A stretch of DNA of 63,728 bases, filler included, from Klebsormidium nitens (lineage: Eukaryota > Plantae > Klebsormidiophyceae), in NCBI GenBank assembly GCA_000708835.1. It is 7 parts of 7 records of this genome, joined end to end, with 100 filler letters (N's around TTAATTAATTAA, not from the genome) between each part and the next. Parts side by side here need not be neighbours in the genome. Positions count along the whole stretch, not along the records: positions 13,465 to 39,114 come from DF237835.1; positions 39,215 to 50,004 come from DF238174.1; positions 50,105 to 53,364 come from DF238476.1; 4 more parts are not named here. One strand, written 5' to 3'. Below are positions 38,718 to 50,596 of the stretch, piece by piece (positions within the stretch are counted from its first letter, which is position 1; every line of letters starts with the position of its first letter). The notes beneath the pieces are model-generated. The model was not told the origin of the DNA. It saw only the letters and a program-made list of their open reading frames with translations, and searched no databases. A program made the translations under genes and the position numbers.

Positions 38718-41700
38718 CCTGCCCCTCGAAGAGACAATTGTGATGCTCTTGGGGAAGGGGGCCTTCTGCAAACGATGCCCCTCCACCCCTAGCGGCAATT
38801 GTGCTCTGCTGCAAGACTGGGTGCATAGATTTACCAGAAATTCACGGAGGTTTTTTTTTAATGGAAACGGCGCTTCTTCTTCTACTACATCACCCATCTG
38901 CCATTCTGGACAAGGACCCTGACCAGCCTTCGCTTCTGCAAAGTGGTCCCCTGGGCCCTACCACCACCCTTTTCCAATCAATAGGCCGTCTCCTTCGAGC
39001 TTTCAAAGTACCTGCACCCGTTTAGACTCATGAACAGGACACCTTCTCCAATTCCTTCAGCATGGAGGCTCAGGAGTCAGGGCTATAGCTGTAGTAAACC
39101 CTTGATAGCACAACNNNNNNNNNNNNNNNNNNNNNNNNNNNNNNNNNNNNNNNNNNNNTTAATTAATTAANNNNNNNNNNNNNNNNNNNNNNNNNNNNNN
39201 NNNNNNNNNNNNNNCCGAGTGCGAGGCGCGTGCACTTAAACCAACAAGAGGAGCCTGCTTCAACATTCTTGAGTATGCCATCCTAGTGCTTCATGTATAT
39301 ACAAATAAAGGATCCAGTTGGATAATATCGAATTAACCTCGTAACTTGGAAGTTCGCAGCATTCAGAATGCTGTATTTGTATCGTGTACCATACTTGCGT
39401 CTTCAAGTGTGAACACTATGTAGGCATGTGACACCTATGCAATATTGCATGGCGAGCGAAGAAGAGTGGTTTTGGTGTTGTAAGAAGTGTTGCGAAATGC
39501 GACTTGATGCTGCTCGATTACCCACTATACTCGTTAAGGACGAATATCATTCGACAATCACTCCTTCCAATGCTCCGGTGATTGCAAAGCATTGCACGCT
39601 AGCTTTCAAGCTGAAAATATTTACTTGCTACTCATCGTCGCCCACCGGGGCCCAAACAGCTTCGTAAGCATAGGAATATGGCACTCATTGATTGCATCTC
39701 ATATGTCCGCCCCCTCAACGTTGCAAATTTTAGCGGTTTTGAAGGAAGAACGTACAAATCCTCACGTGGTACACCACCCGATCGAGCGCTTGACTACGAA
39801 ATTCACGTTTGTTATTTGTTCCCCCTAGGAAACGTACATGTACTCTCTAGAATGTCTCGACGGAGAAAGCGCAGTGACTAGAAATGCACGTTTCACGTTA
39901 TGAAGCATAGCTGCTCTTTTGCAGGAGATTTCTTTAGAAGGCACATGAGGGTCCGTCAAAAAGCTAGGACAGTGACACGCTGCCAATCGTTAAATTCGAT
40001 CCATCGATCGGCCGGCCACTTTATTTGAAATTTTGCCATGGGTTGCTCATGAGTCAGAAGTTTAAATGCATTTTGGAATCTTCAACTGTCACACAAAGCT
40101 AACATGCCTCTAAGCTACGGATTCGTCTGTTCACAAGTTTGGCATGGATTGCTTGTGTGTTGGCCTACATACAGATCGAAAGCCGCAGACGTTCGTGCGA
40201 GTTGCCTTAAAGGGCCCGGCCAGGGTTTCCCACAGCCGGGACCTGGCCGGCCGGGAACGAAACCCGGCCGGTGCCGAGGGCACCCCGCCGGCCTCAGCCG
40301 GCTGAAAACTTCAGGCACTCGGCTCGCTTAGCCGGCCGATGATGCTTATTCCGACCGCTCAGCCGGCAGAACCGGGTGCGCGCCGGCAGGTGGCCGGCCG
40401 GGGCAAACCTCCGTGGGAAACCCTGGGCCCCGGCCTAGCGAGAAGGGCCCGGCATTCACCATTACCGCGCTGTGGTGGACCGTTCCCAACCAGCTCCAAG
40501 CAGAGCACTCCCTGGCCCTGTCCCTAGCAGCAAGTAGATTTTTTTTTTTTTTTTTTTTTTTTCAATAATCTGGCCTCAAGCAGTTCGTCAGATGGAAGCT
40601 GCTGACTGGCATACGCGATATCGCAGTTGAACATTACGACTCTAGCGACTCTGAGACAACCGGAGTCCGTGTACTCAATAATCGTGGATTCTGTGGTAAA
40701 TGACCATTTAATTTTGGTAGCGGGCCGGGCGTTTCCGTGTGCGTTGGGGTCTTGTCGCGGTGGTTGCTTCTCCCACTCCCTCCACACTGAGCCGGGAGGG
40801 GGGGAGAAGGTAGCGGGGCTTGCACCCACCCTATGCGGTGGGCGCCCCTGATGGACCGTTTCCGTTTGGTATTGATTGCGGCCGTGCCAAATCGTAGAAC
40901 ATTTCGACTTGGGGATGGAGCGGCAGATTCTCGGGGTGAGATGAGCTTGTGCGTATTTGGTGTTCTGCCGGCAGGCCTAGATTCCGGTTGAAGAATGGTC
41001 TTGGTGACTGAAGATGTTGCTCGTTTTTTCTTTAGTGGAGACAGATTGTCTTGGTTCAACCTTTCCTTTCGCTTATTTCTCATGATCAGTGACTTGCCAT
41101 AAAGTATTGCTGGAGATGTGGTGGTGGACGAATTGTCTGGAACGGTTGTTTGACACGCGGGTGTTTCATATCGGTGGCGTTTTCGTCGGGTTTCTGTGGT
41201 TAGATCAGGCACGGATGAGTGTCGCTTTAGGCCACTGAGATTTGTATTTGTGGATTCGCTGGGCATTGTGCTTTGTGTTTGTGGACGGTCGGGATGTATT
41301 TTGGTTGTNNNNNNNNNNNNNNNNNNNNTTGTACTCAATAATCGTGGATTCTGTGGTAAATGACCATTTAATTTTGGTAGCGGGCCGGGCGTTTCCGTGT
41401 GCGTTGGGGTCTTGTCACGGTGGTTGCTTCTCCCACTCCCTCCACAGCCGGGAGGGGGGGAGAAGGTAGCGGGGCTTGCACCCACCCTATGCGGTGGGCG
41501 CCCCTGATGGACCGTTTCCGTTTGGTATTGATTGCGGCCGTGCCAAATTGTAGAACATTTCGACTTGGGGATGGAGCGGCAGATTCTCGGGGTGAGATGA
41601 GCTTGTGCGTATTTGGTGTTTTGCCGGCAGGCCTAGATTCCGGTTGAATAATGGTCTTGGTGACTGAAGATGTTGCTCGTTTTTTCTTCAGTGGAGACAG

Positions 41701-41860
41701 ATTGTCTTGGTTCAACCTTTTCTTTCGCTTATTTCTCATGATCAGTGACTTGCCATAAAGTATTGCTGGAGATGTGGTGGTGGATGAATTGTCTGGAACG
41801 GTTGTTTGACACGCGGGTGTTTCATATCGGTGGCGTTTTCGTCGGGTTTCTGTGGTTAGA

Positions 41861-44800
41861 TCAGGCACGGATGAGTGTCGCTTTAGGCCACTGAGATTTG
41901 TATTTGTGGATTCGCTGGGCATTGTGCTTTGTGTTTGTGGACGGTCGGAATGTATTTTGGTTGTCGGGTGCAATCGTTGGCGAAGTCTTGTCTTCTCCTT
42001 CCGATGGGATTGTGGCTGGGATAGTCTTGGGAGTATCCGTGGCATCGGGGTTGCTCAGTCCAGCGGCTGCTTCTTGCGACGACATTGGAGGCTTGACTGT
42101 CTTCCTTTGCGTGATGAAAGCCGGTAATACTCGTTTCAATGTGGCGTTTTGGAGAGCCAAACGTCTGTAGCGTTTGCGAAATCGTTCATTTGCACGTTCT
42201 AGGATCGGAGCATCCATGTCATAATCATTGTGTTCGGTTTCAGCTTCGGTACTGTTACACGCTATGTTGTCAACCGGTGTCTCTGTGTGGGTGGTTGTGG
42301 TTGCATGAGTGAGAACAATACGAGGATCATTAGGGCTTGAAGTGCAAGGAGCTATATCAATGGCTTTGCGCTTTGGTTGAGCGGTGGATTTAGTAGGGCA
42401 GAAGGTTCTTGATTTGGCGCTGTCAGATGCCGCCCACCATGATTCGGCAAACTGCATGTAGTCGTCTTCGGTCATTTCATGAAGAGGTTTTTGATTCTGA
42501 AAGAGCTTCATGCGATCTTTAAAGAGCAAGTGTTTTTCCCTCATATCATCACATCTTAGTATCAAGATTTCTTTGAAAGCATGAACAAGACATTTGTGGA
42601 GTTTTTTTGCGATTCGAAGTGCAAGCGTTTCAGAATTGTCAAGCCGTTGTAGGAGCCATTTTTGTGCCGTGACAGAGATCTGTCCGGCTGAGATGTTTCG
42701 TCCGTCATTGAGCTGGGTCTCAAAGAAGCTCTGCCTGATAAAGTTGCTGATTGCGGACTGAGATGCTCGCACGCGATTTGTTTTGCATATTTTTATGCAA
42801 TCANNNNNNNNNNNNNNNNNNNNNNNNNNNNNNNNNNNNNNNNNNNNNNNNNNNNNNNNNNNNNNNNNNNNNNNNNNNNNNNNNNNNNNNNNNNNNNNNN
42901 NNNNNNNNNNNNNNNNNNNNNNNNNNNNNNNNNNNNNNNNNNNNNNNNNNNNNNNNNNNNNNNNNNNNNNNNNNNNNNNNNNNNNNNNNNNNNNNNNNNN
43001 NNNNNNNNNNNNNNNNNNNNNNNNNNNNNNNNNNNNNNNNNNNNNNNNNNNNNNNNNNNNNNNNNNNNNNNNNNNNNNNNNNNNNNNNNNNNNNNNNNNN
43101 NNNNNNNNNNNNNNNNNNNNNNNNNNNNNNNNNNNNNNNNNNNNNNNNNNNNNNNNNNNNNNNNNNNNNNNNNNNNNNNNNNNNNNNNNNNNNNNNNNNN
43201 NNNNNNNNNNNNNNNNNNNNNNNNNNNNNNNNNNNNNNNNNNNNNNNNNNNNNNNNNNNNNNNNNNNNNNNNNNNNNNNNNNNNNNNNNNNNNNNNNNNN
43301 NNNNNNNNNNNNNNNNNNNNNNNNNNNNNNNNNNNNNNNNNNNNNNNNNNNNNNNNNNNNNNNNNNNNNNNNNNNNNNNNNNNNNNNNNNNNNNNNNNNN
43401 NNNNNNNNNNNNNNNNNNNNNNNNNNNNNNNNNNNNNNNNNNNNNNNNNNNNNNNNNNNNNNNNNNNNNNNNNNNNNNNNNNNNNNNNNNNNNNNNNNNN
43501 NNNNNNNNNNNNNNNNNNNCTTCCTGATTACATGCGGTTCAATTTGTCTTTCTGTAAGTTTGTTGATTTGATCTACCAGTGGTTTGCGATCACAATAGAT
43601 AGTGAGGTCGCAGTCTCTTCTAACTAGCATCAAGGTTGCCAAAACTCCAAAGCCTTCTGCGCGTGCAATGGTCTGGTGTCCTGGTATTCTTGTGCTAATC
43701 TTTTTGTAGGCGTCATCTGCATCCAGTTCGGGGAAGTAGATTCCAAATCCTGCTCTTGTGTTTCCTTTGTTGGCACTGCCGTCCGGGTATGCTACGGAAG
43801 CAGTTATGGTGTGTTTGGGATATATGCCCCACATGTCATGTGCTTCTTCGTTATGGGAGGGCATTACATTAGCATGGGGGTAAAGAAGATTTTCAATGTA
43901 GATTTGTACTAGTACTTTCAGTAGCCTCATTTGGACAACGCTGACTGATGGGATGTTCAGGTCATGGTGTAGAGGTCTCGTAAATGGGCTAATCAGTTTT
44001 CTTTTGATCAAATCTAGCGCCGACGCCGTAGTGCGCCCCATCTGATTTTGCCAGGGCTCTTGCGGTTGACAGTATTGCAGGTTGTCCGCAATGCTTATTT
44101 CAAACAGTGGTGATATGTCATCTAGGGTAGTAAGTTTGGCTTTTGCCAGATTGTTGAACAGGCGGACTATGTGTGTACCGGTGAAGTTTTGGGAGTTGCT
44201 TAGTTCCAGGTGATACTTGTGGGCTATGGGTGCAAGTGTTTCACAAATCTTTCGGCTGTGAAGATTGATGCAGGTGTCAAATTGGATTGATAGGGACATG
44301 TTAACTTTTTGGAGATGTTCACGCACCCCGCGAAATAGTGGAGAGTATTTCGATTCGGGCCATGCCATTCGGCGACCGATGGAGGAAAAGGGTGGCATAC
44401 CCTCAAGCGCTTTATGTCTGATGTGGGAGTAGCTTATGCGTGAAGTTACTTGGCATGGTTGGTCCACGCTGAGAAGTGCGGATTGCATGAATTCTGCTCG
44501 GGTGCTCGCTTGTAGTGTTGGGATGTGGTAAAGTCCCTGGTGGACCAGAAGGTCAGTGGGAGTGGATTGTGCAATGCCTGCTAGGCACTTGACCGTCTTT
44601 GCAAGGATACTTTGGAAGTCGTCTAGGTCTGTCTTGTTGAACTTTACAAGGTACATCCGGTATCGCAGCTTGCTAGCGAGATCCGAGTTGACGTAGTTGA
44701 TGGCTTCATGTAGTGACATGCGTTCTTTTTGCCGACTAATATATTCGGCGCATGAATTTCGGAGTTTGGCTATCATTTCCTTGCGCTGTTGTTTGAAGTC

Positions 44801-47784
44801 AAGGCCCATGTTGATATAGTATCCCAGGTATTTGTATGATGTTTTTCCGTGGAGTCTCGGGACCACGCCCCAGCGACATTCTGGGACCGGTGGAGGGAGA
44901 CCTCCATCGTGATCCATATACTGATAGCCGCATTTGTCCGCATTCAATTCCATGCCATAGTAGGCAAGGAAGCGTTCAAGCATGTCGAACATCTCAGTGA
45001 CCTCCTTGTTGGAATTGGCTATGAGTGCCATGTCGTCGGCATAGCCGTTTACGGGTACTTTTATCTTGTGATCAAGTGGAGATTCCGGCGGGCTTTCCAT
45101 TTCATATCCTAAATCGTGTGAGCGGAGCCATTTGAAGAACATGTTTAGGACTAGGCAGAAGAGGGTAGGGCTGAGACAATCTCCTTCATGAACCCCATTT
45201 TGTTTGGCTTGCGGGCTGGAGATACCGGTGGGGCCACGGGCCGTGCACGTGAATTCATGTTGGGTATCCTTGATCAATGCGAGGAAGGGACCGTCAAGAC
45301 CAAGAGCAGTAAGTGCATCTGTGAATGCTTGATATAGGACGCTAGGGAAAGCACCTTTTATGTCTGAGTATACGATGTGGAGGGGTTTTTTGTTCAACTT
45401 GGCGTCCGCAATAATGTTCATGACTACTGCCGCTTTGTGTGCAGAATGGATACCTCTGCGGTTTGCTCCTTGGTTGGGGTCCAAGCCCGTAGTTTGCGTG
45501 AGCAATCGCTGGAGTCTGCTGTTAATTGAGCCTGTTACAACTTTGAATAGGCAACTAAGTAGACTGATCCCACGATAGTTTTTGAATTGGAGGGGGTCAC
45601 CCGACTTGTAGATGAAGATGAGAAATGCTTGTTTCATGGAAGCCGGCATCTGTTGTTGTTTTAGGATCGTGTTCAGGAACCTGAGCAGTATACCTTCTAT
45701 GTCAAAGTCTTTGAGATCTTCATTGAGGCACATGTACTTGAGGACATCGTATTGTATTCGATCTATCCCCGGAGAGGATCGACCCGTGCTTCGAAGGAAC
45801 TCTCTAAGATCCTCTCTTGTAATGGGGGCCATCAATTGGATATCTGTACTTCTGATCTTTTTACATTCCTCCTTCCATATCGAGGCGTCAAGCCAAGGAG
45901 GGATGGACCCTTCTGTGGATTTTGTTGGCATAGTATTTGGGCGGGTGGCTGCAGCTGTAGTGCCCCAGTATTCATTCACTGCGTGGCCGGTTATCATTTT
46001 TTGTGGTTGCTCTGGATCTTTCATCATGGCCGGTAGAGGAGAGCTGGCGTTCTTATGCATTAGATGATACGCACGTCGAGCTTTGGAGCCTATGCCTGTG
46101 GAAAAGGTTTCTTTCAGAATTTTCTCTTTTCCCGATTTCTTGGCGGATCTCAACTTCACATCATACTCTTTTTTCCATTTAAAGTGAAGTTGGCATGCGA
46201 CCGTCCAGTGTTGGATCCAGTCCCCCTCCGACCATCGAGACCCAGAAGTATCTCTTGGAAGCAAGGATGTTAATTCTGGGAGTGCTCCTCGCAAGCGGGG
46301 TTCGTTCTGGAAGTCCAAGTATGTGCTTCTTGCTTGTAGCCGTTCTGGTTTGTCCAGGCTGCGTCGACCGCGCACTCTTGCATCATATAAGTTTGTGAGG
46401 CTGGTTTTGTAGCGATGTAGCCATACCATGACATGATTGGCAAACCCCGTTTCAACTGTCTTGTATGTTTTGCGTCGTTGGTTGCTTCCTGAGTTCAGGG
46501 CTTCGCCGACTTTGTTCACAAAAAGATCAATCAAGTGCGTATGGATTTCTGCAAGGCGTTCCGATGGGAGAGGTTTCGTTGCGGTCTGGTTATATTCCGG
46601 ATCGTGTAATAGATGACGTGCTATTTCTGGAGGAAGGCATGAACGCCAGTTTTGCACATTCCGTTTGAGGATCTGCAGATGTTCCTTAGAGATCTTATCT
46701 AGTTTGATCAGTGGATTTAGCTTGAACAGCACATCCGGATATTCTACCCACCCGTCGCACAGCGAGCTTAGGCTGATTGGATGTATGACCGCTCGATGGT
46801 CAGAAAGTTTTATAGTGTCATACTGATCCCAGTCAATGATAATTGTATCCTCAAGATGGTCAGTGGGAAAGGATGTGAACATCTTGTCCAAGATGGACCT
46901 GAAGCGTTGGGAGCGCGGCTTGATGCAAAGGTGTATGCTGTTTGAGCATTGAGTTTTTGTTGTGCCATAGGGTCGAATAGGAATAGATTATCTTCTGCCA
47001 AATCTGCTATCAGACCGGTCAAGAATCGCGTGTCAGACTTTCTGGTAGTCTTTTGTGCAGGCTGTGGGCCATTCGCTAGTAGGGGTCGATAGATGTCACG
47101 CTCAGCATTCGTATAGCTGTTCCAGTCGCCAGCAAGGATCAAATGACTATTTGGACGGTCAATTAGTGATTTCATTGTATTAGCTACATGCACTGTTAAT
47201 GATTCCCAAAAGGCCGGCTTTTGCTCTTCTTTGGCTGGAGCATATACACCGATGATTTCAAGAGTAATGCTATTGTCATCTTTGGTCGGGATGATAAGTG
47301 ACCCTTGGATCACTCTCGCAGCAAATGATTGGACATTCAGTTTCACGGGTTGGTATGCAAGTCCTACACGTATAGCGATGCATACGCCCCACTCCTTTGC
47401 CGACTCCGCGATGGCATGCGAGCTATTTGAAATATCAATATAAGATACAAAGTGGAAGGTGTATCCATCAACTGTATAGGTTTTACCAACCTTATTTTTC
47501 CCAATGGATCGGCGAGTTTCAGTGAGTATTGCAACATGTACATCGTGTTTCTTGAGAAAGGCTGGAAGATCTGCCAACTTATTATCAATGCCCCGACAAT
47601 TCCAATTCATGACATTCAATTTATCGTGCATTTGTATATTAGGCTGCTCATTTACATTATGGCAGACATCATCTTCATTACTGCGGCATGCACCAGACGG
47701 TACGACTGGTCCTGGGTTGGGATGAATATCTCCACATAGTAGAAGGAGATCGGAGATGTTGTGAGCCCCTACCTTGTATTTCAT
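41861..47784 (-). pseudogene. LINE ORF2 (APE-RT-RNase H) interrupted by a 1-nt frameshift near 46920
   Basis: The APE frame reads to YTFAS. The C-terminal APE motifs (RSILDKMF...SDHRAV) and RT continue in the -1 frame. Frame continuity across the 716-N gap is unverified. Confidence 0.8.
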
Positions 47785-48092
47785 TATTGACGGGTTTGGT
47801 CTATAAAAGGTGCAGCCGTAGTCACAGGGCACTCTACAAAATCTTATATGGTGTGTAACAAATATATCATGTGGATATGGCATGTATCCGAGCAGACATG
47901 CCGGGACAGCAAGAAACTGCTCATTGGACAAGCAACCTACGTGAAGCTGCATTGAAGTCGAGACGGACCAATTTAGCAACGAGTGGTTGTAATCGGGGAG
48001 AAGAAGGAGATCAACGAGCACTGGGTCTTGCATCATCCAAACAGAGCCTAAAATACTACGGCCAGCCCTAGGTAAGTCATTCTCCGACAGAC

Positions 48093-49733
48093 CTACTCTA
48101 TTGCTAGTTGTACTGCATCCTGCCCACCACAACCGGTACAACAGCGTAACCATTGATTGCTTCTTTGAAGAATAAAGATACCAGGCTGCCATGCCACACG
48201 CGACAGGCTATAACTCAGTTGTTGAAGGTCAGGCGCTTCGGTTTCTTTTCCTCCGGTTCTTCCTGCATGTGTGAGTCGGACGTAAAAACAGTGGATGCAA
48301 AAAACTGAGTAGGGGCAAACAGCAGGGTAGGAGGTACAGGAGAACCTTTGTAGGCAGTCTTTTCGGTTCTCTCTTTGAAGCAGAATGGAAATTGTGATTC
48401 TCCTGCACCTCCTTTGCTTCGCAAATTGGCATGCCTGTTGCATGGTACGGGCAGCACAAGTGACTTTTGCTGCAGCAACTTTGCAGATTCGACAGAAGAA
48501 CGCCATTCTTACCACGATGTACTCTGGCAGGCCGCGGGACGTGCGCTTGAAGTGGTTCCTGGCCTGCATGATTGCGGCCAGGAGACGTCCGTTGTCCCTG
48601 ACCAGCACGTCAAAAGCAGACCGCTGGTCGAGGCTGGGGATCTGGGTCTTCAACACGTCGCTCTTCCAGAAGTAGGCCAGGTCTGCAACCAGCTTCTTCC
48701 CAGAGGGCAGATTAGCTGCACCAAGCCAGATTCGCGCGGCAACCGTCTCATCGTAGGTCTCAACGAGAAAGGCGCGCCCATTGGGCCCATTGAACTCCTC
48801 CACACTCACGTCGTCCTTGTCCGCTCCAGAAGCGGCGACTGCACCCAGAATGTCGCTTGCCCGGATGTGGTTGGGAAGGTTAATCCCGTCCACGACAAGC
48901 GCCATGGGGTCGTAGGTGGTGGGGCCCAGCTCCCCGCGCTTGGGGTGCAGAACCCACTTTTTGCCCCCGGGGAGAGTCTGCGAGGTTGAGAAGAGTAAAA
49001 GCGTGAGAGTTTTGGATCCTCTGTAAAGATTGCGATGAGCTAACTCGAGTGTAGGGACCTCTGCATTTGCATATCGTTGCCGCTTCTGAAACTTGTTCGG
49101 GACGTTCAAAAACACTTGCCAATTGTGCGGAAGACGTGCACTTGTGCTCACTAATTTGCGAAAAGCTTGAGCTCGAGCCTGTTTGTTCAGGGTCGACAAT
49201 TGCGGACCCCAGTAGCTTACCACGCTCACGCGCCCCTGAATGATCTTGAAGAAGGTGTTGTCATCCGTGACTGAAATTTGCAGCTTCTGTCCGCCCTTCT
49301 TGTCCGCCAGTAGCTCCACCCTGGCGCCTTCATCCCCACAGCACTTTATGACGCCCTCCTGCAGGGTGGCCACATGCTCGGGCGACAGAGGAACCCCGTT
49401 AGTGCCGTACACGCCCTGGGTGCTCCTCTTCGACCAGGCCTTCTCCTCATACCTGTGCTGGGGGGGGGCGATGTTGAGGCCGGCTTCGCGGATGATGTTG
49501 CTGCCATTAACGTTGTCCTGCATGGTGGAGACATTCAGGGCGCACTCAGATCTGGGATTTCTGTGGCAACAAAGTGGAGTAAGCAGCGTTAGGTACTCTG
49601 ATCCTTTCTTCATCCCTTTGGTGTCTAGAACACTTGCTATATCACGTCGAAAGAGGCATGGTTCCATCCTAATTCTTTTGTTGAATTCCGTCAACAATCT
49701 GAAGTTTGCGTTAGGGTTTGCACCAGCACTCAT
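48093..49733 (-). CDS. 546-codon ORF upstream of ORF2: LINE ORF1-like or a host gene, with two repeated RRM-like units
   Basis: Continuous ORF in the ORF1 position and orientation. GC-rich blocks 49530-49230 and 48977-48513 are bounded by phase-0 splice signals. Confidence 0.55.
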   Translation of the reverse strand: MSAGANPNANFRLLTEFNKRIRMEPCLFRRDIASVLDTKGMKKGSEYLTLLTPLCCHRNPRSECALNVSTMQDNVNGSNIIREAGLNIAPPQHRYEEKAWSKRSTQGVYGTNGVPLSPEHVATLQEGVIKCCGDEGARVELLADKKGGQKLQISVTDDNTFFKIIQGRVSVVSYWGPQLSTLNKQARAQAFRKLVSTSARLPHNWQVFLNVPNKFQKRQRYANAEVPTLELAHRNLYRGSKTLTLLLFSTSQTLPGGKKWVLHPKRGELGPTTYDPMALVVDGINLPNHIRASDILGAVAASGADKDDVSVEEFNGPNGRAFLVETYDETVAARIWLGAANLPSGKKLVADLAYFWKSDVLKTQIPSLDQRSAFDVLVRDNGRLLAAIMQARNHFKRTSRGLPEYIVVRMAFFCRICKVAAAKVTCAARTMQQACQFAKQRRCRRITISILLQRENRKDCLQRFSCTSYPAVCPYSVFCIHCFYVRLTHAGRTGGKETEAPDLQQLSYSLSRVAWQPGIFILQRSNQWLRCCTGCGGQDAVQLAIE

Positions 49734-50596
49734 GTTGGATGGGGCCTGCTTTGCTAGGCTGCCTTGGCAAGGACAATCAGCTTTGGCACTACTTTCTACA
49801 GTGGGTCTTCCTCTACCAGGTGCGGATTCCTCAATGCAGGACTTAAGTTGAACACAGCGGCATTTCTAGTTCAATACACGAGGACCATTTCAGGGTTATT
49901 TTACCTTTCCGAATTTTCACTTTCCGAATGGGAAATCCGAATTTCTGACTTTCCGAACGCAGATAATTGTTTATTTATTCGGAATCATCACGTTGGACTA
50001 CGGTNNNNNNNNNNNNNNNNNNNNNNNNNNNNNNNNNNNNNNNNNNNNTTAATTAATTAANNNNNNNNNNNNNNNNNNNNNNNNNNNNNNNNNNNNNNNN
50101 NNNNGATGGAGACGCGCCCTTGCCCGCATCAAGTTGCGGCCGCGCCGCGTACACAGTTTTAGAAAGAAGGCGAAGTTGGCCATTTTTGAAGTTGTGGAGG
50201 AGTTCAAGGACTTCGAAAAGGGCAAGGAGAGCTCAGAGAGCAAGCCCGCCGGTGTGAAACAAGAGGGAGAAGCCTATGGAGTCCCAAGACTTGGATAGAC
50301 ATCCAACGCGAGAGTGCCACGGGAGCCCGCCAAGTGGTATCGGGCAGTTGTGGGAGCAGCAACGAAAGTCGTGGGGGCCGAAGAGCCGAAGCACGGAGTG
50401 GAGAGACATCGCCCGAGAAGAGCGACGCAGTGCGCTACTCGAAGAGCGAGGGTGGCGAAAACAGAGGCGTTTAGATGACGCCAAAGGCGAAGATAACAAA
50501 TTGCAAGAGAAAGCGCGCCGAATAAGAGGCTTTGTGTAATTGGTTTGAGTGGGAGTGTCGACACACCCACCCAATCCACTCTCACCTACTCACCGA

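Larger units (their letters stand above)
40539..49733 (-). mobile_element. Non-LTR retrotransposon (LINE): ORF1-like, 2A-like/APE, RT, RNase H, poly(A). The 5' boundary is uncertain.
   Basis: T24 at 40539-40562 is the minus-strand poly(A) tail. APE motifs VMNWNCRGI, ILTETR, IIGVYAP, LILAGDWNS, LSDHRAV. RT motifs SPGIDRIQY, YRGISLLS, GVHEGDCLSPTLF, YADD (45032-45043), YKYLG. RNase H motifs DGS, AE, YCD. Internal N gaps at 41309-41328 and 42804-43519. No TSD found. Confidence 0.92.

Noticed and set aside
42751-43571. Poly-X ORFs
   Set aside because: Gap artefacts.
41861-46891. 1676-aa ORF as one continuous protein
   Set aside because: It includes about 238 X codons from a 716-N gap, so length and frame continuity are not established.
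40500-50004. Target-site duplication for the LINE
   Set aside because: The sequence left of the poly(T) was not found near any candidate 5' end.
50105-50540. Charged ORF fragment at the start of contig 4
   Set aside because: No recognisable motif and truncated by the spacer.
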